A stretch of DNA of 64,000 nt, taken from IMG/VR virus record IMGVR_UViG_3300043426_000266, positions 141,064 through 205,063 of that record; one strand, given 5' to 3'. Shown in pieces: positions 37,987 to 46,406 of the stretch. How positions within the stretch are numbered: the stretch's first letter is position 1; each line of letters starts with the position of its first letter. The notes under the pieces are model-generated. The model was not told where the DNA came from and made no database searches. It saw only the letters and a program-made list of their open reading frames with translations. The position numbers and the translations under genes are program-made.

Positions 37987-39267
37987 TTACGTCAAATGAA
38001 TTTTAGGATTGAATTCAGCAATTTTAAATGAACGACCATGCATTGCTTTCATGGCGTTGTTCATGATAATGGATCCAGGAAGAGAGGTTTCGATATGCAC
38101 CATTTCTCTTGAAGTAAAGAAGAAAGTATCTGTGCAGTGACCACAGAAGTTCGGTGGCTTCGTTTTACATCTCGCTGGAGTTCGTACGGTAATCGTTTTA
38201 TTGATTAATGATTTTGCCAACTCCGGAGTAATCTCGTTGGTTTTACCTGACACAGGATCAACGGTATATCGACCATAATAACGCTTCATATTATCTTGAG
38301 TCAATAAAACATTTACACCAGTCTTTACCCCACAGTCATCTTCTGAAATCTTTGAGTTCATGAAGATACGATATAGATAGTTTACTAGTTCACCGCCCTG
38401 CGCGGTTAAATGTCCACGAGAGTATGACGCTGCGCGAGTTGTATCGGCATTCGCTGGGATATTTTTAACGTCCATCCCGTCAGATAGTGGTTTGGTAATG
38501 ATCGCGGGTTTACCCCCGCCGAGACCATCGTCTAACCCGTACATTACGTGTGCTTTTTTTCTAGAATTTTCAAAAGACTTATCTGAAACAAAGAAGTCCT
38601 CCGCAACATCCCCCTTGAAAGAGTTCTTATCCATTGCAACAAGTTCTTTTTCAATTTCAGCAATCACCACGGTATTATCAAGTTCCGCTGCGTGCTTCTT
38701 CAACAACTCATCCCGACGGATTTCTACTGATTTATCAATAGACATTGTTTTGGCAGAACCAGTTGGAGTCGACACTGCCCATAACCCATTGAGCATGTTT
38801 AGACATTCACACCAGTAGTAGAATTCTGCAGCAGTGATTCTTTTCTCTTTAATGAACTGCTCAACAACTGAATTAATATCAGATGGTTTAAGTTTTTTGT
38901 TTAGATAAGGAGCTTTATCCCCAAATGCAGCAATAAGACAAATTAAATTACCTAGGATTGTTCCACCCGTACTCATTGTTACTTCGTGGATGTTTGGTAA
39001 ATCCCCAGGGTTTAAAGTATAAGTGGTTTTATAATCAATAATACTTTCTAATGGTTTAACTCCGTCTATCTTTTCAAACGCATTTGTTTCGGAGTTCCAA
39101 AACATGTGCTGGCCAGTATCACGGTCAATGGCGATATCAAAACCAATCCAGTCACGTATCTCATCACTGAAGGGGTGGGTAGCAACAGTAAAGACGCACA
39201 GCAACCAACGGGTCTCTTTATATCGATTTGCTTTCACACCACCTAAGAAAAAATTAAAACGATCCAT
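37987..39267 (-). CDS. Virion RNA polymerase beta-prime C-terminal subunit (phiKZ gp80-like)
   Basis: T-x-x-GGE-x-x-x-x-L-x-R, EDDCG, RTP-x-x-C...C-x-x-C, MKAMHG. Confidence 0.9.
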   Translation of the reverse strand: MDRFNFFLGGVKANRYKETRWLLCVFTVATHPFSDEIRDWIGFDIAIDRDTGQHMFWNSETNAFEKIDGVKPLESIIDYKTTYTLNPGDLPNIHEVTMSTGGTILGNLICLIAAFGDKAPYLNKKLKPSDINSVVEQFIKEKRITAAEFYYWCECLNMLNGLWAVSTPTGSAKTMSIDKSVEIRRDELLKKHAAELDNTVVIAEIEKELVAMDKNSFKGDVAEDFFVSDKSFENSRKKAHVMYGLDDGLGGGKPAIITKPLSDGMDVKNIPANADTTRAASYSRGHLTAQGGELVNYLYRIFMNSKISEDDCGVKTGVNVLLTQDNMKRYYGRYTVDPVSGKTNEITPELAKSLINKTITVRTPARCKTKPPNFCGHCTDTFFFTSREMVHIETSLPGSIIMNNAMKAMHGRSFKIAEFNPKIHLT

Positions 39268-40111
39268 TAATCTTCTCCTGGATACAGATGTTATTAATTT
39301 GATAACTTAATTCTGCTAAATACATTGGGTCTTCGCCGTATAGGTCTTTAGCAAGTGAATTCACTTTTGTTTTTAAATCTTTCCATTCAGTTTTACCAAT
39401 CAAAGCAATTTCAACCAACTTCCAAGCAACCCGGTTCTTAGTTGTTCCTGATTTTAATGATTTTAACATATCTCTAAAGTTGGACATGATAACAATATCA
39501 CTAATTGGTAAATTTAATTCATCGTTATAAACAAAGTGTTTAACAGTGTTAATTTGTTTAAGACCCCAAATTCTAAACAACAGTTCTTTTTTACGACTAT
39601 CAATTTCTGGAACTGTAATCAAACCTTCTGATTGCATTACACGCATCGGACTAAAATGGATATTGTAAATACGTTCGATAAACTCGGTGGGGATACGTTC
39701 AACAATATCTTCGAATTGAATTAAGTCGGCGTAACAAACTTTTTCTATTAGGTCTAAAAAACCGTCTAAAGGTGTTTCAGCATTATCTAAAAGTTCAGTA
39801 ATTAAAACATGTTCATCCGATTCTTCAATCACTGATAAATAGCTTAACAACGCATTTGAGGTTGCAATGTTATCGCAGTTGATTTGAATACCAAGTTCTT
39901 CAAAAATTAACTTCTGATATTGGCGAATGTGACCGTAGCATGTTTGAATAACTTCAAACGTGTCATTGTTTTCTAACAACATCCCTAGCTCATTTAAGTT
40001 AAGTTCAATATCCACCATTCCAAAATTTTGAATCGTGTGAATTGAATCATTAATTAAAGCCTGTTGTTCTACCGTGCACGTATCAGTTAAGAATTGTTGG
40101 ATAATGTCCAT
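39254..40111 (-). CDS. Conserved hypothetical protein co-transcribed with the vRNAP subunit
   Basis: GAGG SD; 285 aa. Confidence 0.65.
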   Translation of the reverse strand: MDIIQQFLTDTCTVEQQALINDSIHTIQNFGMVDIELNLNELGMLLENNDTFEVIQTCYGHIRQYQKLIFEELGIQINCDNIATSNALLSYLSVIEESDEHVLITELLDNAETPLDGFLDLIEKVCYADLIQFEDIVERIPTEFIERIYNIHFSPMRVMQSEGLITVPEIDSRKKELLFRIWGLKQINTVKHFVYNDELNLPISDIVIMSNFRDMLKSLKSGTTKNRVAWKLVEIALIGKTEWKDLKTKVNSLAKDLYGEDPMYLAELSYQINNICIQEKINGSF

Positions 40112-40148
40112 TTAAACCTCTGTAAAATAATATTAGATATCAATACAT

Positions 40149-40721
40149 ATGAACATAAACGTTGGAAATTACAAAATGCAATGTCTTGAAAAACTGCACC
40201 TACTCGATGGAAAACCATTTGAAGTTGTTCGTCAAGAAGCAATTGATGAATATAACAATACGGGCGGTAAACCATTATCGGAAACGGATAAAGAAAACCT
40301 GCGCAAAAGTTACATTAAACAAAAGAAAACCAAAACGGATTATCGGCTCTACCCACTCTATCAATCGATTAAAGAAATTGAGCTGCATTGTACCCCCACC
40401 ATGAGCGAGTTACTTGTTCAGGATGAAGATGGTGCTTGGACTCAAACAGAGGTATATACACTTCTAGCGAGTTTAAAACCTGAAAATGCTGAGTTGCTTA
40501 AACAAATGGAAGTTCTTTGGATTCCATCTGTTGGTAAAGCAGACCAGCTCAAACGAACTTGGATTAAAGAAAAAGTTATTCAAACTCGATTCTCTCGCCG
40601 AGGACAGGAGTTTGTCGAAAAGCTTCAAGCGTTGGTTGATGATTTATTTTCACTCTCAACTTTATGTATCAATGTGCAACTACTACTCAACGATTTAACA
40701 AAGGAAGTAACTGATGTCTAA
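40149..40721 (+). CDS. Hypothetical protein (190 aa)
   Basis: ORF track; overlaps the start of the next gene. Confidence 0.6.
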   Translation: MNINVGNYKMQCLEKLHLLDGKPFEVVRQEAIDEYNNTGGKPLSETDKENLRKSYIKQKKTKTDYRLYPLYQSIKEIELHCTPTMSELLVQDEDGAWTQTEVYTLLASLKPENAELLKQMEVLWIPSVGKADQLKRTWIKEKVIQTRFSRRGQEFVEKLQALVDDLFSLSTLCINVQLLLNDLTKEVTDV

Positions 40722-43017
40722 TCTTTCAATTATTATTTCCCCATTGGCGGATGCTGAAAAAGTAAAAACCGAATTGCAAGAACTGTTAGTTGGTAAATCA
40801 GTAGTGATCTCTGATGACCCATTTGCAATTGGTGATGTCGTCATTACTCAATATTTCTCTGACTTGTCAAAACATTTATCGGGTCATGTTTTAGATACAC
40901 TCCTAGAGCGTAAAGATTTATTGGTACAAACACACACCCAGGTAAGTGTAGGTGAACATATTGGTTCGTTGATGAATGATGAGAACTCAGACACAGCAGC
41001 AATATCTAGAATTTCAACCAATGCGTTTTCAGCAATTGCGTTTGCAAATCAAATTGCAAAACTAAATGAAAAGTTTATTATCACAACATCAGTTGATCAT
41101 AGTTTTGGTGAAGAGATGGCATTTTCTGATTGGTTGAACCGCCAACCGCAAGTTCAAGAGACTGTGACCACAGAAGTTAAGATTGAGCCAGAGGCGCCTG
41201 CTGCTGAAGTTGCTACTTCTGCAGAAACAGTCGTACCTGCGGTAGTGGAAACAGATCCAGTCCCTGTTGACGATAAGACTGAAATCGCCGGTGATGGTCT
41301 TGGATCAACCGATACCGCCCCTGTGGTTGATGAAGCGTTTTTAGACCCACTTTCAAATGTGATCAGCGCAACGACTGACCCCCAACCAATTGTCTTGGAA
41401 GAAATTTCCGTCAATGAGGTCTCTGAAACTGATACTTCAACTGCTGTAGAGGAAGCTGCTCCTCTGGTCGAACTAAACTCTGATATGGATTCCTTTGATC
41501 CGTTAGCACAAGCATTCGCAACTTCTTCTCAATTAGCAAACGAGGAGGAACCCAAACCAGAGCCTGATTTAGATGCGTCAATTTACATCGGTCGTTTACC
41601 AGACTATCCAAAAGTCGAAACAACAGTTGAAATTTTAAAACACCCATTGGTGAAAAAAGCTAAAGACGAACCATCAAGTGAAGCAATGTTTTACGACTGG
41701 GGTGGTGACGTGGATTCGCTTACATCTGAGTTAGAAAGACTTGATCGAATGTCTGAGGAAGCAACTCAACGTAAACGTCGCCCCAACTTCACAGAACAAG
41801 ACATGCAGACGCTGGCATGTATGAGTGATCGAATTGGGTCTAGAGACATAATGAACCGAATGTTTACACCCCAGTCTAAATGGTCACAAGCGCTTCGCAC
41901 AGAGACAAAAGCAATTCCGCTACTCACTGTAGTTAAAAACCCAAACTATGGCGATCAGCGCTATGTGGGTACTGATGCAGTACCGTTGCTTGCTAACCGT
42001 ATGAAAATTGGTGTAACAATTGGTGTAATGCTACCACATACTGGTATTTACGTTTTAATTGTTTCACCAGGAGATGATGAAGTATTAAACACGCTGTCCA
42101 TCATCAATGCACAACGTGTTGAAACCCTACGCTCTTCTTCTGGGATCTTATTAGGTAATAGTAATTACTATCTAAATAAACAAATCATTGACTTGTTCTT
42201 AAATAGCGTAACAGATTGTTCTTTAACCGCACATAATCGTGAAATGCTGCAAAAGCTAATTGATGATCGTGATGTTGATATTATCGCTGCTGCGCTGTAT
42301 GCATCTATCTATCCAGATGGCTACGACTATACACAGGTTTGCGGGTTAGAACTTGCCAATCATCCAGGTAAAATTTGCCCGGGTAGTCAAGAGTTTGTTG
42401 CTGATTTAAAACGTATGGTGTTTGTAGACAATTCACGTTTAAATGAATATCAACGTAACATCGCAACAGCTGGATTAACCAAACGTTCAGTTAAAGAAAT
42501 TGAAGACTATCAAAGTCAACATTATCTTGGTTGGGAAAAACCATACGAGATTACTGAAGGTGTTCAATTCATTTATAAACCAGTGTCTTCTTTGGTTGCA
42601 ATTGAAGCAGGTGAAAAATGGATTAGTGAAATCTCTAGCGTCGTTGACCGTTTGATTGCGTTTAAACAAGATGAAACTGAACGGAATGTGATGATCAACC
42701 AACGAATCGATATTACGCGTATTCGTGAGTTTAGTCATTGGGTATCTGAGATTCATGTTGACGGGTTGATTCTTAAAGACCGTGATAAAATTGATCAGTT
42801 GTTAAATAAACTGAGTCGTAATCCAGAGGTTGTGAACAAAGTAGGTGAAACCCTATCCGAGTTCCAACGTTTATCTGTTATTGCAATGGTGGCTATTCCA
42901 CGCGTGGAATGTCCGACTTGTTCTCAGACTGATCAGAAGGATTTAGATATTAGCCCTTATTTAATTCCACAAGATGCAGTCTCTCGTTTTTTTACCCTCG
43001 CCCACCAAAGATTCTAA
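40714..43017 (+). CDS. Large CxxC protein, probable tail/baseplate-hub assembly chaperone (T4 gp26-like C-terminal domain), with a long acidic linker
   Basis: AAGGA SD; C...C pair plus CPTC; ends SRFFTL. The functional call is inference. Confidence 0.55.
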   Translation: MSNLSIIISPLADAEKVKTELQELLVGKSVVISDDPFAIGDVVITQYFSDLSKHLSGHVLDTLLERKDLLVQTHTQVSVGEHIGSLMNDENSDTAAISRISTNAFSAIAFANQIAKLNEKFIITTSVDHSFGEEMAFSDWLNRQPQVQETVTTEVKIEPEAPAAEVATSAETVVPAVVETDPVPVDDKTEIAGDGLGSTDTAPVVDEAFLDPLSNVISATTDPQPIVLEEISVNEVSETDTSTAVEEAAPLVELNSDMDSFDPLAQAFATSSQLANEEEPKPEPDLDASIYIGRLPDYPKVETTVEILKHPLVKKAKDEPSSEAMFYDWGGDVDSLTSELERLDRMSEEATQRKRRPNFTEQDMQTLACMSDRIGSRDIMNRMFTPQSKWSQALRTETKAIPLLTVVKNPNYGDQRYVGTDAVPLLANRMKIGVTIGVMLPHTGIYVLIVSPGDDEVLNTLSIINAQRVETLRSSSGILLGNSNYYLNKQIIDLFLNSVTDCSLTAHNREMLQKLIDDRDVDIIAAALYASIYPDGYDYTQVCGLELANHPGKICPGSQEFVADLKRMVFVDNSRLNEYQRNIATAGLTKRSVKEIEDYQSQHYLGWEKPYEITEGVQFIYKPVSSLVAIEAGEKWISEISSVVDRLIAFKQDETERNVMINQRIDITRIREFSHWVSEIHVDGLILKDRDKIDQLLNKLSRNPEVVNKVGETLSEFQRLSVIAMVAIPRVECPTCSQTDQKDLDISPYLIPQDAVSRFFTLAHQRF
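42987..42993 (+). promoter_or_regulatory. Candidate -1 ribosomal frameshift heptamer T TTT TTT
   Basis: In-frame X XXY YYZ within CGT TTT TTT ACC; the -1 frame is open into ORF 43116..43511. Confidence 0.6.
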
Positions 43018-43511
43018 TTGGTAACGAAGAGTTCAATCGAACTCTTCCGCCTGATGGCCAGCATGTTTTACATATCGAGTATGGTACGAGTGAGCCTGAA
43101 GTTATTCCTCGTATCATGGTCGCTGCTGATGAGTTTAGGTTAGGGCTTGGTGTAAGTACAATTAATGGTTTCGAACGAGCAGCGATAAGACAGGATGTCT
43201 ATGATCAAGTGTTTTTAAAGGAATCCGATCACCCTTATTCAACGATTCGCATGAGTAATAAAGAGCGGTATTCTTCAACCCATTTGTGGTATAGTCGTAT
43301 GGCAGAGTTTATGCTTTATAACGCCGCTGAGAAAACGGGGTTATCATTCGTAGAGTTTGTTAAAATGCCAACATGGTTTGTTGAAAATACACTCTCGACA
43401 CTTAGACAACAAAGTAAAGACACGAGACAGGGCGCTGCAAGTCTTCAAAAAGACATTGAGAAGATGGGTGATGCTGCTGTTGAAAACTTTTCCAACATGA
43501 AAAAACGGTAG
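42993..43511 (+). CDS. -1-frame ORF (172 codons from the slip site; 131 aa from the ATG at 43116), probable C-terminal module of a frameshift fusion (GT/gp51-like)
   Basis: No stop from 42954 to 43509, no ATG/GTG/TTG before 43116, and no obvious SD at 43116. TGLSFVEFVKMP-x-W resembles the chaperone GT/gp51 motif. Confidence 0.65.
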   Translation, partial: YPRPPKILIGNEEFNRTLPPDGQHVLHIEYGTSEPEVIPRIMVAADEFRLGLGVSTINGFERAAIRQDVYDQVFLKESDHPYSTIRMSNKERYSSTHLWYSRMAEFMLYNAAEKTGLSFVEFVKMPTWFVENTLSTLRQQSKDTRQGAASLQKDIEKMGDAAVENFSNMKKR

Positions 43512-43531
43512 GGTAATTACCCTACCGTTTT
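43502..43531. terminator. 30-bp perfect palindrome terminator
   Basis: AAAACGGTAGGGTAATTACCCTACCGTTTT. Confidence 0.85.
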
Positions 43532-43611
43532 ATGGATTAAAATATTTTTAGATATATTATTTAAGAGCTATCTGAATATATTGCAAGCCTGAAAAATAAT
43601 AGTCTATCGCA

Positions 43612-43815
43612 TAAATAAAGAAGGGGCAATTGCCCCTTCTTTAAGTATATTTAGTTAACGCATTAACCCCGGAGAGACCAGCCTCTCCGGGGTTAAATGT
43701 CTGACCTTTCTGGAGTTGGGTCAGAGGGGGTAGTGCCCATTCTACACTTACCCTTTATGATAAACTTAACATTCATGAGACTTTCTCATGAATCAATCGG
43801 TGTTAAGTTTATCAC
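43612..43815 (-). ncRNA. Candidate structured non-coding RNA (strand tentative)
   Basis: Four adjacent hairpins in a 450-bp gap with no ORF of 60 aa or more. A minus-strand TATG ends at the foot of the longest hairpin, with a palindromic terminator at 43616-43643. Confidence 0.35.
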
Positions 43816-43931
43816 ATACTAATAGAAAAAAATTGTATTTAAAGATATGTATGCAGCTTACGATTATTTCATAAGACAATCTTTGAACCAGTCAAATTTG
43901 AACTCTTTGAGTTTACAATCCTGAAAAAATA

Positions 43932-43949
43932 AAGGGGCAATTGCCCCTT
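43932..43949. terminator. Palindromic terminator downstream of the DNA polymerase exonuclease gene
   Basis: AAGGGGCAATTGCCCCTT, same core as at 30091 and 43623. Confidence 0.75.
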
Positions 43950-43960
43950 CTACTTTTTTG

Positions 43961-45691
43961 TCAATTAACGGTTATTTCCTGATACATCTTAGCGGGTAGT
44001 TTGTGCGCGGCAGCAAAGTCTTTATGAAGATCTTGTAATGTTTTTAATTTGTACAAGTCTCGACACGTCGTAATTGCATTTGCATACCCCCCGGTCAGAT
44101 TCACACAAACATAACGGTGTTGGAATGAATCAATCCCTTGTATCTTACATATCTCAAATACCGTGTTTCTTCGACACAACCCCAGCAAGATACCGATCTT
44201 AGGATAAGCTGATATCAAATCCAGGTCGTAGTTATGAATCGTTGTTCTAGATTTTAAGAACGTTTTATCATCTTTAACTAATTGGATTCCTATATCTTCA
44301 AGATGAGTCGCCTCTAGAATATTAATCCAAAGTTCCTTACCAATAACCATCTTGTCAATCTCTTCCTTCATTCGATCAGAAGTTGTAGACATAACCTGGT
44401 CATTCTCTAGGCAGAAAGTATGCAAGGCATCACATAGTTTTCTAGGGTTAGAGTTAAAGTCTTTAATTTGAGAATTACCCAACAACAAAGGTAACTTGGT
44501 GCTGATGTCTTTAAACTTCTCATCGAACTCCTCTACGCGAATACAGTCAATCAAACCATAAGCACAGTATTCCTTTTTAAAGTGTTTCTGCATCACCATG
44601 TGCCATCTCCCAGTACCCGTAGGGATGCCTTTTAATAACTCATGTTCTACGTGATATTTACCTTGACCCAGATACTTCGTTGTTAAGTAGTCTAATGAAT
44701 AAGAAGGCTCTGCTTTCATTTTACGAAGACCGCGAAATAAGGAAGCAGGGTCAATAAAGTAAAATGGTGAAGTGGAATATACTGTATGCCATTGTTCCGA
44801 TACTGCCAGGGGTCTAGAAGTACCATCATCTTTACGTTTCACTAATGGTCCTCGTTTGAATTCAAAATGTTTGAATTCAGGAGGAACAGAGGAATGAGAG
44901 AAAATGTCTTTAGGATCAACATTAGCATCCCTGAGGATATCTAATATTACACTCATATCGTAGTTGATGTTCCAAAAACCAATAACGTCAGGCATCCATT
45001 CATTGGCTTTCTCGTACATCTTTTTAATTCCATCAACCATATTGTTAACGAAATCTAATTCTAGTTTAATCTTTCTATCTTTTATTTCTGGCAACTCATC
45101 TTCAATAAACTTACGATATTCTTCAGCAGTGTCTCCAGGATTAACCCACTTGTTTAAAACAACCTGATAAGCTTTGTCTTTAAAACTCATGCTAAAGATA
45201 ATCATCCCAAGATTACCATTCATGTCAAATTCAGTATCTTGAACCGCGACAGTTAAACGGCTACGGGTACTGCGTTTGAATTTCTTTTCGTATTGAAGCT
45301 TAACAACAGAGTTAATGTCAATATCACAACCGTATACAAACGGGCTACGAAAGCACTCTGCTAATCGCATTTGCGGGGTGTAGGGTTTACTAAGTTTGTA
45401 CTGGACTTGACGAATCAGGTCACGTTGAGTTGTTTTGTAATTGATTAAGTTCTGTAGGTATTCTGTCTCTAATTTGTATTGATGTTTTTGATGCGCTTTT
45501 TTTGTAATCCAAAAATCACGTTTAACGTTCTCATGGAACACATACTCAGGGGTACACCCGTCAGTACCATCTGCGTTTTTAACAAAACGATTACGTTTAA
45601 CAAATACAGCGTCCCCCTCATGGGATTTATTATTAATTGCGTAGCATGAATGAATATATTCAAATTCAGGATTATTAACATCGGTACTCAT
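43961..45691 (-). CDS. Split family-B DNA polymerase, 3'-5' exonuclease plus motif A subunit (phiKZ gp82-like)
   Basis: ExoI D-x-E (QDTEFD), ExoII WNINYD, YSLD, ExoIII Y-x-x-x-D (YGLID), motif A DLDLISAYP. GGAGG SD favours the start at 45691. Confidence 0.92.
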   Translation of the reverse strand: MSTDVNNPEFEYIHSCYAINNKSHEGDAVFVKRNRFVKNADGTDGCTPEYVFHENVKRDFWITKKAHQKHQYKLETEYLQNLINYKTTQRDLIRQVQYKLSKPYTPQMRLAECFRSPFVYGCDIDINSVVKLQYEKKFKRSTRSRLTVAVQDTEFDMNGNLGMIIFSMSFKDKAYQVVLNKWVNPGDTAEEYRKFIEDELPEIKDRKIKLELDFVNNMVDGIKKMYEKANEWMPDVIGFWNINYDMSVILDILRDANVDPKDIFSHSSVPPEFKHFEFKRGPLVKRKDDGTSRPLAVSEQWHTVYSTSPFYFIDPASLFRGLRKMKAEPSYSLDYLTTKYLGQGKYHVEHELLKGIPTGTGRWHMVMQKHFKKEYCAYGLIDCIRVEEFDEKFKDISTKLPLLLGNSQIKDFNSNPRKLCDALHTFCLENDQVMSTTSDRMKEEIDKMVIGKELWINILEATHLEDIGIQLVKDDKTFLKSRTTIHNYDLDLISAYPKIGILLGLCRRNTVFEICKIQGIDSFQHRYVCVNLTGGYANAITTCRDLYKLKTLQDLHKDFAAAHKLPAKMYQEITVN

Positions 45692-45748
45692 TTTTGTATC
45701 CTCCAACCTTCACATATACTCAAACCTCGTTTTATTAAAAATAAAAAT

Positions 45749-45771
45749 AGATATATATTATTTACATGCAC
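45749..45771 (+). promoter_or_regulatory. Candidate early promoter
   Basis: AGATATATATTATTTACATGCAC. Confidence 0.65.
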
Positions 45772-45800
45772 ACTAACCGTGTTTTATCAAGGAGACTATC

Positions 45801-46316
45801 GTGTCAACTATCTTAACTTTTAATCATGATCCAGAAGCAATATATGAACTAGACCAATATTTTGATATTGTAAGCAATATCGAGAATGATCTTATCCGTC
45901 AAATCTTTGCAGCAGTTTTAGGGGAATGGCAGGGTGATCTAGAATCAGACGATTGGGGTGAATATACCCACTACGAATTAGTTAAAAAACTATCAGATGA
46001 AGAAATGGAAGCATTAATAAATATTTATTCTGAAATTACCAATTTACCAATCAGCGTAATAGGGCTTCTAAGTTTTTATGAGTCTACTACTATTGACAAT
46101 GACAATTACCAACTCGATTATACAGATGATGTTGTTGGGGTGGGTTTTGAAGACTTTATTAATGCGAATCTTTCTAAATCAATCTTTGAAAATGATTTCT
46201 CAGTCTCTACTACTAAATCACCATTTGAAGATGAACCAAACGCGATTAGTGTTCAGATAGAAGGAAAATTCTCCTTGTTATTTGAATTGATTGAAGAATT
46301 CAATCAAGACGTTTAA
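45801..46316 (+). CDS. Highly acidic hypothetical protein in a stand-alone early cassette
   Basis: AAGGAG SD, GTG start; own promoter and UUCG terminator. Confidence 0.7.
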   Translation: MSTILTFNHDPEAIYELDQYFDIVSNIENDLIRQIFAAVLGEWQGDLESDDWGEYTHYELVKKLSDEEMEALINIYSEITNLPISVIGLLSFYESTTIDNDNYQLDYTDDVVGVGFEDFINANLSKSIFENDFSVSTTKSPFEDEPNAISVQIEGKFSLLFELIEEFNQDV

Positions 46317-46323
46317 TTAAATT

Positions 46324-46354
46324 CAAGGAGCTTCGGCTCCTTGTTTTTTTTTTT
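46324..46354 (+). terminator. Intrinsic terminator, cUUCGg loop plus long T-run
   Basis: CAAGGAGC-TTCG-GCTCCTTG followed by a long T-run. Confidence 0.9.
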
Positions 46355-46406
46355 GCACTCGTTGATATTCAATCATTTTATGAGTCAGGTTTTCATCGAG
46401 GTCGTC

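Noticed and set aside
43661-43753. Possible tRNA or hammerhead ribozyme in the structured island
   Set aside because: No cloverleaf with a TTC-x-A T-loop and no CUGANGA/GAAA core could be fitted by eye; kept only as an unassigned structured element.
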